Positions 31,086 through 45,335 of a stretch of DNA of 64,000 nucleotides are shown here, in pieces. Below the pieces are notes generated by a model. It made no database searches. It was not told where the DNA came from and saw only the letters and a program-made list of their open reading frames with translations. Each line of letters opens with the position of its first letter. Position 1 is the stretch's first letter. The stretch lies in the NCBI RefSeq assembly GCF_009914755.1, contig NC_060946.1, one strand, 5' to 3'. This stretch comes from the human T2T-CHM13v2.0 reference genome, Homo sapiens. A program made the position numbers and the translations under genes.

Positions 31086-32229
31086 ATGTCCCCCGAGATG
31101 GAGCAACTAAACTCTCCCTGCTATTTAAAATGGAGTTGGGTCCTGTCCTGACTCTGTGCCAGGAGCTGGGGAAGGCAGATAAGGAGGCCTCCAACCTGAT
31201 GCCCACACACAGGGCCCAATATGGATTCGTGACTGCTAGGCGAGGAATTCAGTTTATTTAGGGAAGCTGGGAGCTTTCAGCTCATGTTTCTGCCCTAGCT
31301 TCTTCCTTCCCTACTTGAAGTACACTCAGCGTTTTGAATGAGGCTTCTCCTACCCCTTCTAATGAGAGAGATCAATTCTCCTGGAGAAATGCCTTATTCT
31401 CATCTCTAGAAAGAAGAGCATTTGGTGAGATTTGACTCCTCATTGCAGAGAATATAACATGGTTAAGAGAAACTAGGAGTTAATTAGCCCCTTCTTTCCT
31501 CCAAAAATTGTGATAGGATATTGTGGGCATTGAAGATTAATTGCTCTATTATTACAACTATTGCTCACCTATTTTACAACATACTCTATACATATATATG
31601 TTTCTTAGTAATTGCAACAATCTCATGAAAAAAGTATACATATAACCATTTTCAGAAAAGAGCACTTAGGTTCAGAAGGTTTAAGTGATTTACCCAAAGC
31701 TGTCTAGGTAGAGTTAGGATTCAAACTAAAATGCCTAGATTCCAATTCCAGGAATTTTATATTTTTACATACTTCATAGATGTTTCAAGAAAGACAAATG
31801 GCTTGTATGTGGAGGGGGTCAGTTTCTCCCTTCAAAGAATGAGAAAGCCCTGCCTGACAAAATTCTGTGTTCAATAAATCACAACCAGAATAGTTCTAAG
31901 ATTTATATATTGTGTCTTTGTCCTTTCTGCTATGAAGTTATCTTATTTTCCTCAGTAGCTAATGACATTCCCTTTTACACATTCAGGAAGCTGAAATTCA
32001 CAGACACAAAGTAATTGAGGTTCAAAGCTTAGAAGAGTAGAGATTGGGCCAAAACAACCCAAGTTTGAATTACAGCTTCACCACTTAGGGGCTTTGTGGG
32101 TTTGGACAATTCACTTGGCCCTTCCTAGAGTCTTCTTCCTCCATACTGCATGCCTCTGAAGGCATAGGTCTTACACCTCACTGCTGAGCATGCCTGAACG
32201 TTCTGAGGTCTTTGTGACATATCCTACTA

Positions 32230-32530
32230 GTTACCTGGAACGTCCATTCCTCCTGCACTCCAAGTCCTTCTTGACTAATAGAATCCAATTTTGTGCAGGC
32301 ACCAGGTAGGAAGCTTCACCACCATCTCCTCAGAATGAGTCATGGTTGGTCTAAGCCAAAAGTGGAAATTGACTTCCTCTTGGACTGATACTGCTTTGGG
32401 GGTAGTCATATGATCAACTTCTGAACAACGAGATGAAAGAGGAAAGTTGCTGGAGACTACCCTGTTAAAAGACAACAAACGGTGGTTAGAGAATTATTTC
32501 TGCGGCTGCCCTCCTTCCTTCTTGATTGGG
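32230..32530 (+). mobile_element. Old MLT1 (I/J/K-like) LTR fragment
   Basis: 'ttggtctaagccaa', 'tcatatgatcaacttctg...gagatg'. Confidence 0.5.
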
Positions 32531-32534
32531 TTGT

Positions 32535-34270
32535 GTCATTAATGTATTTGAAAAATACTTACTGAGTTCACACTGTGTGCCAGAAACTAAAATAGGATCT
32601 CTAGAAAAGTAGTAAACAGAACAGACAAAATCCCTACCCTAATGGAACTTATAATGGAGGAAGGTAGATGATAATCTAGTTTCAAAAATTAACCTGTAGT
32701 GGTGAGAAGCAATATGAAGAAAAGTTAAGCAGAATGGGAAGATAGCGATGAGGTGCTGTTTTATACAGTGTGACCAGAGAAGACCTCTTTAATCGGGTTA
32801 ACCTTGAGTAAAGAGTGAAAAGAGGTGAGGGAGCAGATATCTTGTGTAAGAAAATTCCAGGCGAGAGAGTAATAAGGGCAAAGTCCTTCAGGCAGTAGAA
32901 TGATTGGCATGTTGGAGAAATTAAAAAGGTATCTGAGTGACTGGAGCAGGGTAAGCCAGTGCCAAACTTTTGGACCATGACCCACAGTGAGAAATAAATC
33001 TTATATTCTAACCAAGTACACACACACATGCCCTCACACACACTGAATTCAAAGTTTCACAAAAGAACCCACCTTTACTGTGTGTAATGCACTGTGATAG
33101 TGTCTCTTATATTTTATTCTATTTCATTAAAATGTCCTGGTCATTACTATCTAAATTGACTATATAACATTCTAGTAGGTCAGATCCCACAGTTATACTG
33201 AGTTTGGGTGAGAGTGATAGGAATTAAGATCAAAGAGGTAATGGGAGGCCAGAGAACAGGCTTCTTGGATTCTGCAAGCAAGCTGAATAAGTAGGAGGGC
33301 TATTAGAACATTTACAGTTAAGGAACGATTTGCATTTTAAAAAAAATGACTCTGATTGCGCTTTGGAGAATGTAATATAGGGGAGCAAAGGTGGAAATAC
33401 AGAGAAAAGTAAGATGCTATTTTGATAGCTCATGTAAGAGATGATGGGGGCTTAGACCATCATCTTAAAGGGGTAGGTTGAGAGATACTAAGAAGTGGAC
33501 TGATACTAGATTTATCTCAAAGATCCAACAGGATTTTCTGATGGCTTGGATGTAGGCTGATAAAGGTAAAGAAAAAGGATGATTCCAATGTTTTAGACCT
33601 GAGCAACTGGAAGAACAGAGCTGCTGTTTAATGAGAAGAGTCAGACTGAGGACAAATTAGGCTTCGGAAAGGGAGTGAAACTTAAAAGTTCAGTTTGGGA
33701 CATGTGAACTTTGGAGACATCTAAGTGTAGATGTCAAAAAGTCAGTTTTATATTCAGGTTTGAAATTTAATGCTGGAGAAATACATTTTGATAGGTTTAT
33801 AAATGGTGTTTAAAGCTCTCCTGGATAATATTACCTAGGGGTTGTGAAGCAAATACAGTAAAATGATGCTTAAATCTTGAGCCTTGAGGCACATAAAATT
33901 TGGATGTTGACAAGTGAGGAGAAACCAGAAGAGAGGACAGAGATGGAGTGACCATAAAGGTGAAAGGGGGACCAAGAGTGAGCGGAGTCCTGGCAGCAAA
34001 GTCAGAAGGTGTTTCTCAAAGGATGGGTCATCCTGTTTATGAGGTGCTGTTTATGGGTTGAGTAAGGGCTGAGAATTGACTGTTGAATTAGGCAATGTGG
34101 CGGTCACAGGTGACTTTCAAAGAAGCATTTCAGTGGGTTGGTGCAGGAAATGGCCCTATTGGATTGGGTTCCAGGAAGAATGGCAGGAGATAAAGGAGAG
34201 ACAGAGGGTATGGGAAATTATTTTAAAGAGTCTTGCTGTAAAGGGGAACAGAAATGGGATGCGAGCTGTT
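32535..34270 (-). mobile_element. Long L2a segment with a hAT-Charlie MITE insertion (~32955-33200)
   Basis: 'aatacttactgag...gtgccag', 'ctgagcaactggaaga', 'ttcagtttgggacatgt', 'ttaggcaatgtggcggtca'; MITE 'gacccacagtgagaaata...gatcccacagtt'. Confidence 0.8.
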
Positions 34271-34650
34271 AAGTGAGAATGTCATACTTGCAGTGTGGCC
34301 CTTTCTTTCAATAACAGTAGAGAGGCCAAGCAACCTTCGGAGACTTTGGACAGGGACCAATCTATGGGGTGTGACTTCATTAAGTAAACAGTAACTATTA
34401 CACTTTAGGCTGTCAGTCAAGCAATCTATTACTTGTAGCCAAATGCATCCTAGCAGCAACTAAGTATATGTTTTCATCAAACTTCAGATTCCTGGCAACA
34501 TGGCAGTGCAGTTTGAAGTGTGGGCATTGGTGTGAGTTCCTGAGGGGCTGCTTACCAGCTGTGTGTGTTCCAGGGGGAGTTATTTAACATATGGAAGCCT
34601 CAGTTTCATCATCTAAACAATTGGTATTACAATTGTTTTGAATCCATAGG

Positions 34651-34991
34651 TGTTACAGTCTGAATGTGTCCCCCAGTATTCCTGTGTTGGGAAGCTAATC
34701 CCTAATTCAACAGCATTGGTTTTTAAGGCTTTTGGGGAGGTGTTTAGGTCATGAGGGCTGAGCCCCCATGAATAGATTAATGCCACTATAAAAAGGGAGG
34801 GAGTGGGTTCACTCTCTGTTGCTCTTCCACCTTCGGCATGTAAGGATACAATAGTAAGGCCTATACCAGATACCACTGGCTCGAGCTTGGATTTCCCAGC
34901 ATCCAGAACAGTGAGAGAATAAATTTCTGTTCTTTATAAATTGCCCAGTCTCCAGTATTATGTGATAGCAGCACAAAACAGACTTAAGACA
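34651..34991 (+). mobile_element. MST (MSTC/D-like) solo LTR inserted in a MIR (34510-35090)
   Basis: tgttacagtctgaatgtgtcccc...gacttaagaca; TSD atagg/ttagg; MIR halves collinear on both sides. Confidence 0.85.
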
Positions 34992-37609
34992 TTAGGGTTA
35001 ATTAGTGGAAGAAATGAGATAATTCATAGAGGCACTTAACATAGTGCTTTGGACGTTGTAATTGTTTAATAAATAAGTAATTAGCATTACTTTCCATACT
35101 CTGATTTTGTAGCTTTGAATCTTCATTCAACATCTCTGGTTTAAAAAAAATCCCTTCTGTACCCTAGTCTTTGAAAACCTACAAAAGCTCGACTACTCCA
35201 TCATCCCCAGTAGACCAGAGACCTCCACCAAAAAGCGTCTTTGCATAAACCTCTAGATTAGGGGTCAGAGCCCAGAAGAAGAACTGCTGAGCTCTGAGTC
35301 CTGGACTTTTTTCCTACTAGAACAGTAGGGCAGCCCAGTTCTTCTCACAGCTGTCTCTCCCTCCCTCCCCTGGCCTGCTCTCCTTTTGATAGAGTTATTC
35401 AGTTGTTCATCATGTCACAGTGGCCACCAGAATATCTGAGTTCTCTGTGAGCCTCCTAAGTGTATTTACTGCTGAGCCATGCTGCCTCAGAACAATTAAA
35501 TCAAATGACAGTTGTCAAAAATGTTGGCAGTTTTCTGGCTTGTGAATGCCAGGTTCCACTCCCTTTGTAGGTTGGCACCTGGAAAAAATAATGACCTGCC
35601 TGGCTCCCTGCCTCATATTTCTCTGATCTCCTGCAGCACAGGCCATTTAGTCCCCAAAGCAGGCCTGGCTTGCCTCAGGCTCTGAAACTAACTAGCTTCT
35701 TAATCAGAAAGGAAAAAAAAAAATCCTTGGATATATAACCTGCCTGAGGATCTCATCATGACCTGTACTCCAGTCTCCTAGTGAGCCAGGCTCTTGTTTC
35801 TTCTGGTCCAGGAATTCTGGTTCTTATTCCAGTTTGACTCTGTGTCATCATCCTAATCCTGAATCCCTTCTCAGCTTTTCCATTCTTCTTTCTGCAACTG
35901 GGGCCACCTGACTTTTATATTAGGCTCAGACTTTCCCTTACTTTGATCTGAGCTAGGAAAGGTACCAGATTTTTTGAGCCTAGGCATTGCTTTAGAGACT
36001 TTATGTGTTTTATTCCTTTTATTTACCATGTCAATTATCTGAGGAAGGTCAAGGCATGTAGGACCGATGACTTTCCTGAGGCCACACAAATAGAAGGCTT
36101 CTGTGAGCACCACTGTAGGTTTTTAGGGTGTAAGGTGCACCCACAGGGTTCAACTCTCCCTCTTTTGCTTTCCTTTTCCTCTTCACTCAGACGTTCTTCA
36201 TCTGATAGGTAAATTCTGGAAATCTGATTCCACTTGGTATACCAGAGGTAAGGATGATTATATGTACAAGGGCAGCCCTAAGATAATGACAGTTTCTCCC
36301 TCTCTCTCCCTCCCTCTCTGTCTCTCTCCCTCTCTCTTTTCTTTCTGTCCTTCTCTGTCTCTCTTATTCAAACTTAAATGTTGTCATTCTTTCAGTCATG
36401 AGCAGAACAGCCATCTGGTGGTAACTGGGGTTTTGGTCTATGGAATTGGAGTGGATCCCTCTTTCCAAGGCTTCAGGTGAATTCTGCTTTCTTTTCTGTT
36501 AAATTTACCAGAGAGCTCTTCATGTGGTTTTTGGGCAGAAGCTCAACTAATAGTAACATTTTGCTGAGTTTTCCCATTTGTCATTGTCCCTTGTGAGTAT
36601 CTCTTCCTTGGGAAGAAGCCAGCATGGCTCGATCTGAGTATTCGTTGGGTTTCAAAGACCAAACCTTATGATGAATCCGTGAACATCATGTCCGTTAGGC
36701 TTCAAACCCAGTGCTCAGAATGTACAAAACTAAGTATAACACAAGGCATTAAATGCAGTAATAAAGGCCTTTTCCACCACCTGACAAAGCCCCAGTCCCC
36801 AGTTCTAAAGGGATCTCCTATGTATGATAAAATGCTAAGCATTTGCTCAAACATGCTTTAATCTTTGAAAGAAAATTCTGTCTGCAAACTTCCTCTGGAT
36901 ATTCTACAACAGCTTCAAATTTCTTACGTTTGGCTGAGTAAAATACCATTGCTTCAATAATGGGAAATACAAGTGCTTTTCAAAGGAATGTACTATATAA
37001 GAACTGTTCTTTTAATTTTTTTTTAATTCTAATAGTTGACTTTTAATATCCAATGTTTGAATTTGTAGTTAGGGGTTTCTTTATGTTAGGCCAATACATT
37101 TCTGTAGCAGGAAAGAAAAGAGAGAGCTTAGGTTTAGTAAAAGAACAATAAAATATCTTTGAGAAGTTGTTCTGTATTGCGTTGGTTGTATGGAGAAAGA
37201 GGAAGCCATAAATTTGAAAGAGGTTATGCTGCATCTTAAAGACATCTGCCTTTGCAGAGCCTGAGGAATTGGCCATCCATACTGAGATTCCCTTGCAGAT
37301 TTGGCTCTGAGCTAACCCTCCACAATGCTCATGTTGATTTATCCAATCCACCATTCCTGTGCACTCCATGACACCCTGAGCACTTGCTTTTCTGCACCCC
37401 ATCCATCAAACTCAATTTCCTAAGGGATTTAGGATAAACTCTGTTCCAGCCAGTTGCTCATCCTGATTCTAGGATGGAGATTCTGGCCTGAGTCCAGATC
37501 CTGCTGCCTTTCATAGACTAGAAAAGAAAGTACCGTGGGAAGAATATAGGGTGTGGAGGAAGATTTTAGTTGTATCTCAGCCCTTCTAGTCCATGATTTT
37601 GAGTAGGGG

Positions 37610-38575
<966 letters not shown>

Positions 38576-38735
38576 TGATGAAGTTAAGAATAAAAGCAAT
38601 ATATCTCTGCTCCCATTCCACTTGGTTCCTACTGCACCTCACAACATCATCATAAGTAATATGATGCTTAGAAAGGCAATTGTGAGTTGACCAACATCCA
38701 GCTCTCTCTATACAAAACAACAGATAATGGAGTTT

Positions 38736-39174
38736 CATAGTTGGTTGAATGGTAGCTTCCCCAAATTCATATCCATCCAGAATCTTAAAATACGACCTTT
38801 CTTGGAACTAGGGTTTTTGCAGATATATTTAATTAAGGTGAGATCTTCCTGGGTTTAGGGTGGGCCCATACATCTGGTGACTGGTATCCTTATAAGAAGA
38901 GGAGAGAACTCAGAGGGAAGAAGGCTGCATCAAGACAGAAACAGGGGTTAGAGTCATGTTGCCACAAGCCAGGAAATTCCAGGACCCACAATCAGTTGGA
39001 AGAGGCAGGAAAAAAAATATCCTCCTCCAGAGCCTTGAGAGGGAGGGAGTATGACCCTGCTAATATCTTAATTTTGGACTTCTGGTTTCCAGAAGTTGCA
39101 GATAACACATTTCTGCCATGTTCAGCCACCAAGTTTGTGCTAACTTCTTGTATCAGCCCTAGGAAACTAATACC
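38736..39174 (+). mobile_element. MLT1C-like solo LTR
   Basis: 'tccttataagaagagg', 'gccacaagccaggaa', end 'cagccctaggaaactaatac'. Confidence 0.85.
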
Positions 39175-39449
39175 AGCTCTCCCCAGAAACAAATGGGGGA
39201 ATCTTCCACCTCACTCAATGGAGAGTGGGGAAAAGGGATTCTCTAAAGCAGAAGGCTTTGTCCTCAGGCCAAGAAAGAACAGCATATATGCTCAATCTGT
39301 GATAATACATGTCTATTTCTGTGAACCTCAGAATCAAATGAGGAGTTGGTTTTAGTAGGCACCACAGATTTGAGAGCCAATCCATTCTTTAGGCCCTTGG
39401 ATCCAGCACCTTCAGCATGTCTTTGTACTATAGCACTTCTACAGTAGCT

Positions 39450-42210
39450 GAAATTACACACCCTTGTGGTCAGACCTGGTTTCCAATCCCAGTTCTGTCA
39501 TCAGCTGTCTATGTGAGCTGGGTCAGCCACTTAATTCCCTCACAAAGTCACACAAAATCTACCCCTTCCTTGTAGAATTAAATAATGCAAAATGCACACA
39601 AAGTAGCATTCATAGTGTTTGTTCATAGTAGGCACTCAAATGAATGAAAACTACTAGCCTCTTTTCTGTCCTTACCACTTATCTGGGACCCAGAGTTTAG
39701 CTCTAAGTTTGCTCACTGCCTATTTTCAATACCTTTTTGGATTGTAAACTCCATATAGTGAAGGAATGTGTCTATCTAGGTCACGATTATATCTGTAGCA
39801 CCTGACAATATTGGTAGGATAAATAATTGAATTTACCTTGTCCCTGGTCTAAGTTCTTTGAGAGTAGGGGCCTCATTCTTTTATTTATTTTGTATTCTCT
39901 ACAGGGCTTTCTTAAGTCTGGACAAAAAAAATATGCTCACTGAGTATTATTTTGATTGAATTATAATGAGCATAAGTGAGAATGGAAGAAAAGGTCTTTG
40001 GGTCCAAAAAGAGAAGAGCTTGAGATGAATGCATTTTGGGTGTTTTAATTGTTGAGGACTGCTGGTTCCCAGAATCATAGCGTTTCATTATCTTTTTAAC
40101 TCGTACATATATAGATTTATGAGACTCTGTTTCAAGGAATGTATTCAGGATCACTGATTCCAATGAGACTGTGAAACACAAACCATTTTCTCTTTGGAAG
40201 AACAGATTAAAAAGTCAGTGCTTTTAAAGTGAGTAAAATAATACTTCTCTCTCTCTTTGTTTCTGTCTCTCCTTTTTCTTTTTGAAAACTCTCTGGGAAA
40301 AAGAGTCCCAGAACTTGAAATTTGCTGGGACAGTATGAGCATTGCAGCATGCACTGTCCCCAGAATCTCCAGCTCTGACTCCCTCTCCCCTGGATGGCCT
40401 GCTAGTCACCCCATGTCTGTCCTTCCCACTGGGACACATGTTCCTGTCCACCCTATGTGCCCCACTGGGTACTGTGGAAAAGTCTGCAGTGTAAGGGGGC
40501 TGCTGACTGAAAGCCATTAGTAGGGAGAGGATTGAAGCTCCCTCATGGGGCTAAACAGGCAGATCTGGGGGTAGTGAAAATATCTGAGTTGATGTGAATT
40601 GAGATTTGTCTCAATAGCACTTTCCCAGCTTCAAAAGAGTAATACGTTAGAAACCATGAGATGCTGAACATTTTACACCATCTCTTTCATTTAATCCTCA
40701 TAATCACCTACTGAATTAGGTACCATCACTATTATCATTCTTAGCTTTTTACAAATGGGAACCTGGAGCTCAGAGAGGGTAAGGAACATGTTCAATGTTG
40801 AACAGAGCAGAAAGGCAAAGACAGACCTTCAGCCTAAGTGTTGCTGTACTGTGGTCCCTGAGAAGAAGAATAGGGCACCTCATTGCCCCAGAGGCCCAAA
40901 TACAAATGTTTTCACATCGAATGCAATGGTTAAAGCGAAGGAATAAAAGAGATTGCCATCAGAGTGTCCCAATAGCATTGGAGTAAGGAATAAATCACCC
41001 CCAGTCAGTGGGGATTTGGCTAATAACTTCGCCTCTTTACTTCCTTATTGACCACAAGGTTGCTCTAAGATGTCCCCATTTGAAGTTAAACACATTTGCC
41101 ATTAACTATCTTTAGTGTCTTCCCCTCAGCTCTCTGGTTCCTGCATCTGAAGCCACGGTGACCTCATGTATGACTGCAATAAGGGGAGATTCAAACAGTC
41201 AAAGTTGAAACTTCAGGAAACTCAGCTGCAAGGTTTTCTCTCATACCAGCTTGGACTTAAAGTTCTGGGACGCTGACTTCTAACTGAGTCTTCTTAGTCT
41301 TAGTTGTCCCAGCAGAGTTGCCCATGATACAGTTTAAATAATTCTGGGATGAGATCCTCAAACAACTGATTTTGGCTGCCTTCGCTGATGATTTTTCAGC
41401 TGGGTCAAGACTTGTCACTGGCCACATTCAAATCCCTCTGCAAGCTATCAGTTCGTCTTCCCTACAGTACAGAATGTAGAGTAAGGACTCAGCCCATTCT
41501 GTGAGAGGGAGCTGACCTTACTTCAGGCTGTTAATATCTGAAATACAGCTTTAGTGTTAAAATAGAACAGACCTCTTGAGTCTTATCTGGGTTAGAAGTG
41601 TTTAAGCTTATCTTAGAGAAAAGACATTGCCCCACTTTTCTTGCCAGAGATCTCTGCGTTGGAAGTTTTGCCCTAGGTCTCAGCTCATGAAATCAAGGGC
41701 TACTTTGCCTTTGATTTTCTGGGCATTGTCCTGTGCATATTTCTCCATCAAGGGCTTAGCAAAGTGATTATTGATCATGAGCAAGAATTAGAAAGTCAGC
41801 ATTGAGACAGAATTAAGAACATGAGTTCTGGAGCTGGGCCATCTAGGTATAAATCCCCTAGTGTTATTACTCATTAACTGTGTGATCTCAGTTTTTTCAT
41901 ATGTAAAATGCAGATAATATGAGTGTCTACCTCAAAGAATACTAATACCTTTTGCATGTTTTTTTTTGTGAGGATTAGATGAGTTATTTATGTAAAATGT
42001 ATTTAGAGGAGGGTTTGGCAAATGGTAAATAGTCAACAAATGTTAACAGATTATTATTGTGGGCATGATGTAATTTCTAAAGTGGACTTAGAATTCAAAT
42101 TTGACCTGATTAATAACTTGTTTGCACTCATGTGCTGTTTAACATTTACAGAGTAATTTAACCTCTCTGAGCCCCCAGTTCTCCTCACTTACAAAATGAG
42201 GCTAAATGTC
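39450..42210. mobile_element. Scattered MIR and L2 tails (about 39450-39660, 39730-39970, 40660-40830, 41810-42060, 42070-42210)
   Basis: MIR cores 'tgtgatctcagtt...tgtaaaatg', 'tgaggattagatgag', 'gagctcagagagggtaag'. Confidence 0.6.
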
Positions 42211-42438
42211 ACTCCCTTGCTGCACTTTCTCCCTTTCATCATGCCTTTGAGTTTGTTCTTCATTATCTTCCCTCCTAGCTAAACTGTGCCTTCAGGATAT
42301 CCTGAGAGTGACGCTGTAAACAACAACAACCACAACAAAAAAAGCAAGAGAAAAAAATAACAAAACCCTGTGCCTTCAGGAAATACTAAGCTGACACCAG
42401 AGTGTGAAGCTCTCAACTTCCTCTCCCAGACTCCTTTA

Positions 42439-43293
42439 TGTCAGAGATGTGTGAACCAGAGCAACTCCATCTTGAATAGGAGCTGGGTAAAATAAGTCTG
42501 AGACCTACTGGGCTACATTCCCAGACAGTTAAGGCATTCTAAGTCACAGGATGAGATACAAGGTTGGCACAAGATACAGGTAATAAAGACCTTGCTGATA
42601 AAACAGGTTGCAGTAAAGAAGCTGACTCTAACCCACTGAAACCAAGATGGCAATGAGAGTGACCTCTGGCTGTCCTCACTGCTATACTCCCATCAGTGCC
42701 ATGGCAGTTTACAAATGCCATGACAACATCAGGAAGTTACCCTATATGGTCTAAAAAGGGGAGACATGAATAATCCACTCCTTGTTTAGCATACACTCCA
42801 GAAATAACCATAAAAATGGGCAACCAGCTGCCCTCAGGGCTGCTCTGCCTATGGAGTAGCCATTTTTTTTTTTTTTTGAGATGGAGTCTCACCGTTGCCC
42901 AGGTTGGAGTGCAGTGGCGCGATCTTGGCTCACTGCAGGCTCCGCCCCCCGGGGTTCACACCATTCTCCTGCCTCAGCCTCCCGAGTAGCTGGGACTACA
43001 GGCGTCCGCCACCTTGCCCGGATAATTTTTTTTGTATTTTTAGTAGAGACAGGGTTTCACCGTGTTAGCCAGGATGGTCTCGATCTCCTGACCTTGTAAT
43101 CTGCCCGCCTCGGCCTCCCAAAGTGTTGGGATTACAGGTGTGAGCCACCGCACCCGGCCCCATTCTTTTATTCCTTCACTTTCCTAATAAACCTGTTTTC
43201 ACTTTACTTTATGGACTTGCCTTGAATTCTTTCTTGCATGAGATTCAGGAGCTGTCTCTTTGGGTTCTGGATTGGGACCCCTTCCCTGTAACA
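42439..43293 (+). mobile_element. MER41A solo LTR (ERV1) interrupted by an Alu
   Basis: tgtcagag...gaaccagagcaactccatcttg ... gggaccccttccctgtaaca; 'aaaaaggggagacatgaataatcc' is the A-type junction. Confidence 0.92.
42863..43159 (-). mobile_element. AluY, Ye5-like
   Basis: Reverse complement has 'aaccccggggggcggagcctgcag', 'gggcaaggtgg' and a 2-bp 3' deletion. Confidence 0.85.
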
Positions 43294-43474
43294 TATGCTG
43301 GCCTCTGCCTGTACCCCCTGGGAAAGGCCTTGTAGATGATAGTGAGAAGTTCTTGGTTTATTTTGGGGGCCTGCTAACCTAACACCATGTGAGCAGTTGG
43401 TGGTGAAGACTGGTAAGATAAGGAACCTTCATGGGTGGTAGGAAGAGGTAAGATGTTTAGAAATAGGAGTCAGG

Positions 43475-43764
43475 GGCCAGGCATGGTGGCTCACGCCTGT
43501 AATCCCAGCACTTTCAGAGGTCGAGGTGGGCAGTTCACGAGGTCAAGAGATCAAGACCATCCTGGCCAACATGGTGAAGTCTTGTCTCTACTAAAAATAC
43601 AAAAATTAGCTGGGTGTGATGGCACATGCTTGTAGTCCCAGCTACTCGGGAGGCTGAGGCAGGAGAATTGCTTGAATCTGGGAGGCAGAGGTTTCAGTGA
43701 GCTGAGATTGTGTCACTGCACTCCAGCCCGGTGACAGAGTGAGACCCCATCTCAAAAAAAAAAA
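43475..43764 (+). mobile_element. AluSc
   Basis: 'gaggtcaagagatcaagaccatcctggcc'. Confidence 0.93.
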
Positions 43765-44919
43765 GGAGTGGGAGGGAGAGTATGAAGACTGAGAGGAGAA
43801 AGGGCTGTTGGATGAAGGAGGGGGCATTTGCCTTTTATCCATGTATCTCTCCAAGTATGTGACAGTGTTCCTTGCTACCCCCAACACTGGTCACTGGTTT
43901 TGCTTGTATGTCTTTACTTCATTTGAAAGGGAGATGCTGGTATCTAGTAGAAATATCTGGAGCCCTTTTGTTTCCAAGAAGATCAACGATACATTGCCAT
44001 GCATCTTTGGCTGAGATAACGGGTGATGTCACCAACAGGCATTCCAGGAAAGCTGAGAGCAGCTACTGAAGGCAGCCAGCCTGCCTTCATTATAAGAGGA
44101 GAGCTCTGGCCTCCAACAGCTGAGGCATCCTGGTTGGTCAGTCTTACTTTCTTTTCTTGCCCATTTCATTTTTCAAGAGATCTCATTCTGAGATGTAGTG
44201 TTATGATCTTAAAGAGAGGGAGCCCTGCTGACTAAGAAGTGGTAGCCTTTGAGTCAGGGTGTCACATTTCTGGAGCCACACCGAAACTCTTACCCTGGCT
44301 CAGTTCCTACCATGGAGTCCTCAGGATTCCAACCCTCCCAGATCCCTCTATCCTTCTCTTCAGGAGTCCATGGAGTGGCTCACAGGGACTTACCAATGGC
44401 TGGGCCCATCATTCCCTCCCATTTCCTGGCACCTACTATTCCTCCGTACTTGATACAAGACACCAGGTGGCTTCTGTAGTTGAAGGGTCACCCTCTCTCT
44501 ACCTCCCTGCCTCTTGGTTGCTGAAGTGAGATAATGCTCAGCCTCCTTAACATCCATCTTCTGCTCCAAGTATTCACTTGGAGGATGAACCTGGGGATTC
44601 ACCTTCCATTATACCTGCATTGCCTTCTCTCACTAGGTTATGAAGATTTGGTACCTACCAAAAGACTCAGCAATGTGGCTATTGCATATGACCATCTTCT
44701 TGGATTATTGACCTGCTACCTATCACACCATCCTGTTCTCTGGGACTTTGGCTCCAAGCCATTAGTTGTATACATACCAGGCTCAATTCTGGATTTTCCT
44801 TGACCCTCATTCATTTTGACCCTCTTGCAACAACCTTCTATGAGATAAATCTCTTTCAAATTTCTCTTCCTATCAGAGATACCAACTGAGAGTTTATATA
44901 GTGTCTATGGTGTGAGGTA

Positions 44920-45335
44920 CGTAGGTGCAATTTCCATGAAACCAGGGACCATGTGTATTTGTTCACTGCCATATCCTGGTCCTTAGCAGAGTGTCTGGTA
45001 CCTGATATGATCTCTGCAAATATATACTGAGTAAACTAAGTATTTTCCAAGATGTTCTCTATTTCAATTATCCAGTGGACTCATTCTTATCTTACAATAT
45101 TTGAGCTAAGCCTCATCTCTTCCTGGAAGCCTGCCCTCTCCCAAGTCTGATTAAGATGCTCCTCCTCTGAGCTTTCACAGTAAACTCGAGGTAACATGTG
45201 CTTGCCTCTGGCATGACACTTTACTCAAAGTACATAGTAATTTATTTACATGTCTGTCTTGTGTGAGCACCTTCAAAGCAGAAACAGTCTTTCATTTGTC
45301 ATGTTTGATAAATGAAAAATAGTGAATTAATGAGT
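44920..45335 (+). mobile_element. Two L2 3'-end remnants
   Basis: 'cagggaccatgtg...ttgttcactgc'; 'tgtgagcaccttcaaagcagaaac'. Confidence 0.55.

Noticed and set aside
36667-36720. ATGATGA C-box-like motif with a short stem
   Set aside because: No D box (CTGA) at a suitable distance and no terminal stem; not a supportable snoRNA
43790-44860. Dense cluster of short ORFs, possible processed pseudogene
   Set aside because: No recognisable protein similarity, poly-A tail or TSD; BLASTX/Dfam would be needed
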